In this document: in pieces, positions 55,187 through 61,654 of the stretch
How the letters are laid out: the number at the start of each line of letters is the position of its first letter
How positions within the stretch are numbered: the first letter of the stretch is position 1
Source of the DNA: Bacteroidia bacterium
GTDB taxonomy: Bacteria > Bacteroidota > Bacteroidia > 2-12-FULL-35-15
Assembly (NCBI GenBank): GCA_046594925.1
Contig: JBKJQG010000306.1
Span: 1-61,654 of the forward strand
Length of the DNA stretch: 61,654 nucleotides
Reading direction: 5' to 3'
The notes under the pieces: generated by a model
Seen by the model: only the letters and a program-made list of their open reading frames with translations
Told to the model about the DNA's origin: nothing
Databases searched by the model: none
Program-made: the position numbers and the translations under genes

Positions 55187-56025
55187 TCTAAGGAACCGTA
55201 TTCAGGAACCAATTTCAATACTTCTAAGTTTTTTTGTTTTGCCAATTCGAATACTTTCGGGTCAAACCGGGATACTTGTAAGTAGCCTTTAATGTCGTCG
55301 CGGCCCAGCACGTGTTTTTCAATGTATCTGTCGAGATGTTTTGATTTTACGGCGAAGGTCATAAAAAGTGTTGCTCTTTCTTTTTGCTGATCTTTCTTCA
55401 TAAATGCAGGAACCATTCCTTCTCGTCCCGCTTTGTTGATCATCAGGTTCTTGAAAAACTTGAATCGTACGGCATTTCCGCTGTGCATGGTCCGCAGGCT
55501 CCATATTACCACATCTCCTTCTTCACTGTCGACGAATACCGGTTTTCCATTCGCCTTTTTATGGGAACCGACCTGGATCTTCAATCCTCCGCTGTAATTC
55601 TTGTGATCCTGCAGATAGATGGCGAGACGAACTATCGTGTATTCTCCCTGCCAATCAGGCGCGTTGAGGTCGGTGCGGTCGACATTGTCTCTGTGGAATC
55701 CTCTGAATCCTGTTCCGAAATGATAATTGCTGTCTCCGAAATACACGGGGTCTCCGCCCAATACTTTTTTCACCAGAAATAAGATCCTATCATCCAGCAG
55801 GTATTTACGCAGCAGGTCTTTGCTCAGGATATCGCCTTTTGCATAGACTGCATTTGACATTTTTGAAGGATGCTTGAATGTCAGGTTCTTTTTTTTGTCT
55901 TCCTCAAAAGCAGCATAAGCATCTTTTCTGATCTGATCAATTTCGGCTTTGCTGAAAACATTTTTGATGAGGAGAAATCCTTCATCGTCAAATTTTTTTT
56001 TGTCTATGTTTAAATTGACATCCAT
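55183..56025 (-). CDS. PhyH-family Fe(II)/2OG dioxygenase
   Basis: 280 aa; GFHRDN (HxD) and MHSGN; 4-nt overlap with the downstream HD-like gene. Confidence 0.7.
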   Translation of the reverse strand: MDVNLNIDKKKFDDEGFLLIKNVFSKAEIDQIRKDAYAAFEEDKKKNLTFKHPSKMSNAVYAKGDILSKDLLRKYLLDDRILFLVKKVLGGDPVYFGDSNYHFGTGFRGFHRDNVDRTDLNAPDWQGEYTIVRLAIYLQDHKNYSGGLKIQVGSHKKANGKPVFVDSEEGDVVIWSLRTMHSGNAVRFKFFKNLMINKAGREGMVPAFMKKDQQKERATLFMTFAVKSKHLDRYIEKHVLGRDDIKGYLQVSRFDPKVFELAKQKNLEVLKLVPEYGSLD

Positions 56026-56053
56026 CTTTTTGATTTATATATTTTTGCAGGTT

Positions 56054-57070
56054 TTAGGCTGTAAAAGTAGCATCCACGTGTTGAATAATTAATTTTCGGA
56101 CGTCCTCAACAGTCAGCCATTCCTTGTTTTCTCCGGAATTGTACTGGAAGCCTTGTGGAACGGGTTTGGCATTAAAGGTCTTGATGAATTCGTTCAGATT
56201 GAAATTTGGAACCTGAGGAAGAATAGCATAATATTTTCCAAGATCATAAGTTGAAAAAGAGTCGGAAGAAGTAATCATCTCTTCGTGTACTTTTTCTCCG
56301 GGACGGATGCCAATCACTTCCTGCTTGCACTCAGGGCCAATGGCCGTGGCTACATCCGTGATTTTGTAAGAAGGAATTTTAGGAACGAAGATTTCGCCAC
56401 CCCAAGCCGTTTCCAATGCATGCAACACCATTTCCACCCCATCCTGAAGGGAAATGTTAAAACGGGTCATGTTTGGATCTGTGATGGGCAGAATGCCTTC
56501 TTTTTTCTTTTTCATGAAGAATGGAATCACCGAACCGTTGGAGCCCATGACATTTCCATAACGGACCACGGAGAACTTAATGTCGGCCTTTCCCTTGATG
56601 TTATTGGCTGCAACGAATAATTTGTCGGAACACAATTTGGTAGCCCCATACAGGTTGATCGGAGCCGCCGCTTTGTCGGTCGACAGAGCCACTACATTCT
56701 TAATGCCCATTTCCATGCAGGCATTGATCACGTTCTCTGCACCAAGCACGTTGGTCTTCACACATTCCATCGGATTGTACTCGGCAATGGGAACGTGTTT
56801 CATCGCAGCGGCATGGATCACATAATCTATTTCAGTGAATGCTTTTTTTAAACGGTCGAAATCCCTCACATCACCAATGAAATATCTGATTGCAGGGTAT
56901 TTGGCGTGCGGGTATTCCTGCGCCATTTCAAACTGCTTTTGCTCGTCACGGGAAAAGATGACTAAGCGTTTTACTTTTGGAAATTTGGAGAGTATGTTCT
57001 TAGTTAAATGTTTTCCGAGAGATCCGGTACCGCCGGTAATTAAAATTGATTTGCCGTTTAAATCTAACAT
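56054..57070 (-). CDS. pseB: UDP-N-acetylglucosamine 4,6-dehydratase (inverting)
   Basis: Start set at the ATG at 57070 (MLDLNGKSILITGGTGSLGK). FIGDVRD, HAAAMKHVP, YGATK. The ORF-track TTG at 57097 lies in the -7 box. Confidence 0.85.
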   Translation of the reverse strand: MLDLNGKSILITGGTGSLGKHLTKNILSKFPKVKRLVIFSRDEQKQFEMAQEYPHAKYPAIRYFIGDVRDFDRLKKAFTEIDYVIHAAAMKHVPIAEYNPMECVKTNVLGAENVINACMEMGIKNVVALSTDKAAAPINLYGATKLCSDKLFVAANNIKGKADIKFSVVRYGNVMGSNGSVIPFFMKKKKEGILPITDPNMTRFNISLQDGVEMVLHALETAWGGEIFVPKIPSYKITDVATAIGPECKQEVIGIRPGEKVHEEMITSSDSFSTYDLGKYYAILPQVPNFNLNEFIKTFNAKPVPQGFQYNSGENKEWLTVEDVRKLIIQHVDATFTA

Positions 57071-57094
57071 AGTTCGGGTTTTTGTAACAAGTCC

Positions 57095-57126
57095 CAAAAT
57101 TAAGCAGAGTTTAGCGAAATACCAAA
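57095..57126 (-). promoter_or_regulatory. Bacteroidota sigma-A type promoter of pseB (TTTG-N20-TAATTTTG)
   Basis: Minus strand reads aatcTTTGgtatttcgctaaactctgctTAATTTTG, ending 24 nt upstream of the ATG at 57070. Confidence 0.5.
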
Positions 57127-57161
57127 GATTTTCAAGAATGCTCAGATAGGCGAAGAGGGTC

Positions 57162-57842
57162 TTATTTTAGTGGGTTTTGAGCCATAAAACTGCCTAGATT
57201 TTGGAAATTGTGTTTGTTCTTTTTCAGCCATTCCAGGTCTTTGTCCCACCATTTGAATTGAAGCTGGTATTCGATCTCATCCTGACTGAAACGATATTTG
57301 ATGATCTTTGCAGGTACACCACCCACAATGCTGTAGGGTTCAACATCTTTAGTAACCACGGCACCGGAGCCGATAATGGCGCCATCACCGATCTTAACTC
57401 CGGATCTTACAGTTACGTTATTGCCTATCCACACGTCATTCCCTATTTCTGTATGCGGATATTCATCAAAGAGGTTCTTTTCAACGATCACCAGTCCGGA
57501 CGACTGTCCGATGGTGGAATAGAATAACGGATGGATGGAGACGAATTCTGCCGAAGGGTGCGCGCCCATCCCCGTGCTGACGTTTGGACCTATGCAGGTG
57601 AATTTCCCCACTTTGGTGTTGAAGATCTGTGATTCCCTGGCCACATAAGTGTAGTCGCCTAATTCAGAATTGCGGAGTCTTGCGAATTTGTAGACGGTAT
57701 TGTAAGTGTTGAATTTGCAGTCTTTCACTTCCGCCATGTATTCCACGCGAAGGTGTTTGCCGCTGTATTTTAATTGAAGACTCCATTTTTTATAGAGCCA
57801 GCGAAGCCAGTAAGTAAATGGATTTAGGAAGAGTGCCGTCAT
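57162..57842 (-). CDS. hexapeptide-repeat (XAT/CatB-like) acetyltransferase
   Basis: 226 aa; left-handed beta-helix repeats IGNDVWIGNNVTVRSGVKIGDGAIIGSGAVV. Confidence 0.8.
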   Translation of the reverse strand: MTALFLNPFTYWLRWLYKKWSLQLKYSGKHLRVEYMAEVKDCKFNTYNTVYKFARLRNSELGDYTYVARESQIFNTKVGKFTCIGPNVSTGMGAHPSAEFVSIHPLFYSTIGQSSGLVIVEKNLFDEYPHTEIGNDVWIGNNVTVRSGVKIGDGAIIGSGAVVTKDVEPYSIVGGVPAKIIKYRFSQDEIEYQLQFKWWDKDLEWLKKNKHNFQNLGSFMAQNPLK

Positions 57843-57844
57843 TA

Positions 57845-58720
57845 CTATAATTTTTTTCTTTCAAATGCATCAATAAAACTCACTTCACTGGCATTGTATA
57901 TTTTGCAGTTCCTGGTTTCAGCATATTTCTGAATGACGTGATAACCGTAAAACATTTTACCAAATGTATGAAACAATTCATGCATTTTGAAACTGTCGGT
58001 CTGAGTCAGATCCTTGTAAAAGATCCGGTAATTCGTTTGCTTTTCGTCCTCATAAAAATGAAAGTCTTTCAAGCAAACTTCATTTTTCTCATTCACATGC
58101 AGTTGCTCGTGCCAGGTATGGTCAGCTCCAAGCAGATATAATTCCTTAAAACCGATGTTGATGCCTAAAAATAGACAAGCGACAAGAATATTCTGTGACT
58201 GAGGCATTGCCAAGTTCCTTTTATAAAAAGAATGGGATGCATTTTCAAAACCTTTGAAGACCGTATAATTGAAATAAGTAATTTCGATGTGCTCGTTCTG
58301 CTGAGCAAGCAGTCGGAATGCTTTCGATCTTTTTGCGTGGACTGGCACGAGCAACTGCAGTTTCCAGGTTGTTTTCTTTCTCAGATTCTCCAGGCAGTCT
58401 GCAACCATCTGGTTGGGATTTTTAACCCAATAAACCGGATCCAGCATTGCATAATAGCCCGGCTTTAATTTTTCGTACTCATCAGTAACAGCAAAATTGT
58501 TCACACACATAAGCGAATGAGCAGCAATGAATTCTGGATGCTTTTCAATGGATGTTTTTAAAGAGGGCCCATTGCCTAAGATAATACAGGTATTGCTTTT
58601 TGCTTCGGGCAGCTTTACCGAAAAGTTGGATTTGGCCAATACCTTCAGCACCGAAATACCGGAACCGGTGAATTGACGAATGAATTCCCCCATGTATTTA
58701 TATGTTGTTTCGGCCGACAT
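57845..58720 (-). CDS. DUF115/MptE-like protein (putative nonulosonic-acid transferase, Maf/GT42-like)
   Basis: ILGNGPSLK N-terminal motif as in Cst-II/Maf. Start set at the ATG at 58720. A TACATTTG box lies on the minus strand at 58727-58734. Confidence 0.55.
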   Translation of the reverse strand: MSAETTYKYMGEFIRQFTGSGISVLKVLAKSNFSVKLPEAKSNTCIILGNGPSLKTSIEKHPEFIAAHSLMCVNNFAVTDEYEKLKPGYYAMLDPVYWVKNPNQMVADCLENLRKKTTWKLQLLVPVHAKRSKAFRLLAQQNEHIEITYFNYTVFKGFENASHSFYKRNLAMPQSQNILVACLFLGINIGFKELYLLGADHTWHEQLHVNEKNEVCLKDFHFYEDEKQTNYRIFYKDLTQTDSFKMHELFHTFGKMFYGYHVIQKYAETRNCKIYNASEVSFIDAFERKKL

Positions 58721-58872
58721 GCATTGCAAATGTAGTAAAATTATGCTTTTGAGGTTTTAACACGTTGGGCACATAGTTTTTAAACTTTATAATGTGCATT
58801 GGGCCTCTTAAATTCTCAAACCTTTGCAAAATTCATTAATATTGTAGTCAGATCCCTTATCGCCGAAAATAA

Positions 58873-59622
58873 ATGCATTTTGAACCTAAGATAAGTATTG
58901 TAACGGTTGTTTATAATGCCCACTCCCTGATCGAACGTACGATCAAAAGTGTGCTGGAACAAACCTATGTCAATATCGAATACATCATCATCGATGGTGG
59001 TTCTTCCGACGGAACATTGGAGCTGGCTGAAAAGTTTCAGCATGAAGTCGCGGTCATTCTTTCTGGAAAAGATAATGGCATTTACGATGCCATGAACAAA
59101 GGCTTAGGCATTGCGACTGGAGATTATATTCTTTTTTTGAATGCAGGAGATGAATTGTACTCAGAGCAAACAATTGCCAATGTTGTCGCCATGGGCGAAG
59201 CGGATGTGTATTATGGCAATACCGCAGTGGTGGGAGAAAATGGAGTGGTGCAGGGTGACAGAAGATTGAGTCCTCCGGAACAGCTTAACTGGAAAAGTCT
59301 TCAGTACGGAATGTGCGTATCGCATCAGTCTTTCATTGCAAAACGCGCTCTTTGTGAGCCTTACGACTTGCACTACAAGGTCAGTTCCGACATTGATTGG
59401 GTGATTCGTGTCCTGAAAAAATCAGACAAAATTTTGAATATACGCACATACATTTCGAAATTCTTGGAAGGCGGCACTTCTGATAAAAATAGGATATGGG
59501 CCTTGATGGAGCGTTTTGGTATCATGACAAAACATTATGGTTTTTTTCAGACGCTTTTGAATCACATTTACATTCTGTTCAGATATCCTTTTCATAGATT
59601 TTCAAAAAGGTCGATGACCTGA
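58873..59622 (+). CDS. family 2 glycosyltransferase
   Basis: 249 aa; ISIVTVVYNA, IIIDGGSSDGT, LFLNAGDE. Confidence 0.85.
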   Translation: MHFEPKISIVTVVYNAHSLIERTIKSVLEQTYVNIEYIIIDGGSSDGTLELAEKFQHEVAVILSGKDNGIYDAMNKGLGIATGDYILFLNAGDELYSEQTIANVVAMGEADVYYGNTAVVGENGVVQGDRRLSPPEQLNWKSLQYGMCVSHQSFIAKRALCEPYDLHYKVSSDIDWVIRVLKKSDKILNIRTYISKFLEGGTSDKNRIWALMERFGIMTKHYGFFQTLLNHIYILFRYPFHRFSKRSMT

Positions 59623-59687
59623 TCCCGATTGCTATCGCGACTACAATTTTTAAAGTTAATTATCGTTTCAGCACTAAAAACAGCACA

Positions 59688-61154
59688 TTGAGCACAATAA
59701 AAGAGCAGGGAATCCGGAATGCACTCATAACTTACGCAGGTGTGGTGATTGGGTTCGTTAGCCTCATGTTCATCCAGCCGAATTTGTTGAAACCGGAAGA
59801 GCTCGGTCTGACTCGTATTCTAATTGCTGCAGCCAGTCTTTTGTCGACCATCCTTCCTTTGGGGGTGAGCAGCGTGACCATCCGTTATTTTCCTTTTTTC
59901 AGAAGCCAGGAAAAAAAACACCATGGCTTTTTCGGATTCATGCTCTTGTTCCCACTGATTGGGACGGTGATCTGCGCTATTCTGGTGTATGTATTTAAGA
60001 ACATTGTTGTTCAGCAGTACATCGATCAGTCTCCGTTGTTCACTTATTATTTCGACCTCTTACTGCCCTTCGCAACCATCATGGGCGTGAACATGGCGCT
60101 GAATGCTTATTCTGCTTCGCTTTTTAAAACGACCATCATCACCTTCCTCGAAGGAATATTGTCGCGCGTAGTGTTCATTGCCCTCATTGTTCTGTTTTAT
60201 TACGAGTGGATCACTTTGTCGCAATTCGTTCACCTCTTTGTGTTCAGCTATTTACTGCAGACCATCTGGATGTGCATTTATTTGTTCGTAGTGGATCGTC
60301 CTTCTGTTAAGATCGATGGCAATTATCTAAAAGGAGTAGGATTACGTAAGATGATCGGCTACGGGTTATTTCTAACGTTGACGAATGTGGCCACGCTCAG
60401 CATCAAACATCTGGATGCCATTCTTATTGGGAAATACTGGGATCTTTCTTATGTGGCCGTTTTTTCCGTTGCAGCCTACATTTCACTCATCATTGAGATC
60501 CCATTGAATTCTTTGGAGCGCATCACGAATACAAAAGTAGCTCAGGCTTTTTCTGACAACGATTACGAGAGCATCAAAAAGATCTATTATCAGTCCGTAA
60601 AATACCTGATGCTGGGCGGCGGGCTTTTGCTTGTGGGGATTGTTTCTAATGTGCACGAGTTGCTCGGTTTGCTTCCGGAAGAATACCACGTGGGTGCTAA
60701 CGTGACGATCATTTCCTGTTTTGCGGCTTTTCTTAACGTCTCGACTGGAGTGAATTCCTCCATCATTTTTAATTCCACGAAGTATTATTACGGAACACTA
60801 TTGTTGGTGGTGCTGATGGTACTTGCCCTGATCTTTAACATCTGGTTCATTCCGATGTATGGAATGGTAGGTGCGGCCATGGTTACGGGAGGATTGGCTG
60901 TGCTCTACAACATTGCAAAATTTCTGATCATCCTGCTTTTTTATAAAATGCAGCCTTACGACTTGTCGAGCCTCAAAATTTTGTTCGTGATTTGTATGTC
61001 GTTCCTTGCTACCTACTTTTTGCCCGAAATGGAGAACGGACTACTTTCCATGTTCATCAAAACGACTACCATCTGCAGTGTTTATTTTGTCGGCAGCTAT
61101 GTCCTGAAGATCGTTCCTGAACTTCACCGACATATTCCTTTCCGCAAAAAATAG
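59688..61154 (+). CDS. Wzx-type oligosaccharide flippase (MOP superfamily), copy 2
   Basis: 488 aa; TTG start; polytopic. RYFPFFRSQEKKHHGFFGF parallels NRFFPYFRDKEKGHNGFLFY of copy 1. Confidence 0.7.
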   Translation: MSTIKEQGIRNALITYAGVVIGFVSLMFIQPNLLKPEELGLTRILIAAASLLSTILPLGVSSVTIRYFPFFRSQEKKHHGFFGFMLLFPLIGTVICAILVYVFKNIVVQQYIDQSPLFTYYFDLLLPFATIMGVNMALNAYSASLFKTTIITFLEGILSRVVFIALIVLFYYEWITLSQFVHLFVFSYLLQTIWMCIYLFVVDRPSVKIDGNYLKGVGLRKMIGYGLFLTLTNVATLSIKHLDAILIGKYWDLSYVAVFSVAAYISLIIEIPLNSLERITNTKVAQAFSDNDYESIKKIYYQSVKYLMLGGGLLLVGIVSNVHELLGLLPEEYHVGANVTIISCFAAFLNVSTGVNSSIIFNSTKYYYGTLLLVVLMVLALIFNIWFIPMYGMVGAAMVTGGLAVLYNIAKFLIILLFYKMQPYDLSSLKILFVICMSFLATYFLPEMENGLLSMFIKTTTICSVYFVGSYVLKIVPELHRHIPFRKK

Positions 61155-61270
61155 ATCCTTTTCCAGCTATTCTTTTCCCGCACTTACCGAAAATAGGAGC
61201 AGAGACTCCTCCATTCAAATTTTCTTTGCATTATTAATTTTAAAATCTAAAAACTTAAAATCCAATAATC

Positions 61271-61654
61271 ATGAAAAAATCAATGTTTTTATTTCTGTTA
61301 ATTATCGGCGGTGTTGCGAAAGCATACTGTCAGGCCCCTGCTGTAGTTGTAAGTGATAAAACCGGCTGGCACAAGATCGGCGAAGCAACCGCAAGCCGCG
61401 AGTTAGATGCAGATGAGATTGCCGTTGTAGGTGCCGATAAATTTGCGTTCCTCAAGATCAAAGTCACAGAGGCTCCCATTAATTTGACCTCGTTTGAGAT
61501 CTATTTTGAAGAGGGTGATAAACAAAGTGTTCTTGTAGGGAAAGAGATCAAAGCTGCAGGCGAAACGCGTACAGTTCAGTTAAAAGGCGGTGAGCGGAGC
61601 ATTAAGAAAGTAAGTTTTATCTATAAGACGGTACCTCCCAATTCTGAGGAAAAA
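61271..61654 (+). CDS. hypothetical secreted protein (3' end beyond the window)
   Basis: Hand-translated open frame of 128 codons running to the window end. MKKSMFLFLLIIGGVAKAYC-QAPAVV signal peptide. Confidence 0.6.
   Translation, partial: MKKSMFLFLLIIGGVAKAYCQAPAVVVSDKTGWHKIGEATASRELDADEIAVVGADKFAFLKIKVTEAPINLTSFEIYFEEGDKQSVLVGKEIKAAGETRTVQLKGGERSIKKVSFIYKTVPPNSEEK

Noticed and set aside
54482-56025. PhyH dioxygenase plus HD-domain pair as a PhnY/PhnZ-like oxidative C-P lyase system
   Set aside because: The HD protein follows the RelA/SpoT HD_4 pattern (HP..LLH(D).(E)(D)T..KL.D..(H)N) rather than a PhnZ-type diiron HD. No phosphonate biosynthesis or uptake genes (such as pepM) are in the window.

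Overview
A 61.6-kb chromosomal segment that reads as Bacteroidota. Evidence: T9SS C-terminal sorting domains; signal peptides cleaved just before Gln in at least 10 proteins; four TTTG-N17-20-TAnnTTTG promoters; an LptF/G-type permease. I support about 51 protein genes. I saw no rRNA, tRNA, CRISPR, transposase, integrase or phage genes. Layout: (i) 0.4-30 kb holds housekeeping and envelope genes: an S41 Ctp protease, an ABC ATPase plus an ABC-2 permease fused to an M1 metallopeptidase, a second M1 peptidase with a Coq4-like partner, accA, ispE, an LptF/G-family permease, tgt, a GT2, a sigma factor, rsmG, a TPR-PP2C phosphatase behind an MsbA-like exporter, rpmH (53 aa, missing from the ORF track) and carB. 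(ii) 30.2-38.0 kb holds five head-to-tail paralogous T9SS-targeted beta-propeller proteins with near-identical ends and divergent cores. (iii) 38-44.4 kb holds an alpha/beta hydrolase plus an OM barrel, an SDR, a 2OG oxygenase and YfhO. (iv) 44.5-61.2 kb is a glycan island built around a pseudaminic-acid-type nonulosonic acid (NulO) pathway (pseB, a pseG::pseH fusion, pseI, a cytidylyltransferase, a DUF115 transferase, two Wzx flippases). No PseC aminotransferase is visible, and about 8 unusual tailoring genes are interleaved: an APH-type kinase, an SDR lacking the catalytic Tyr, a SpoT-type HD domain with HD changed to HN, a PhyH dioxygenase, an ATP-grasp protein, a metallophosphoesterase and an LmbE deacetylase. 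Most longer intergenic spacers carry short-word repeat elements: CGCAGAT palindromic elements, 8-nt-periodic CATCACC arrays that abut start and stop codons, TTGAAAAT inverted arms, and CTGAGCGTAGTCGAAG REP-like hairpins. All domain calls come from motifs recognised by eye. No searches or alignments were run, so identities and family names are hypotheses to confirm.
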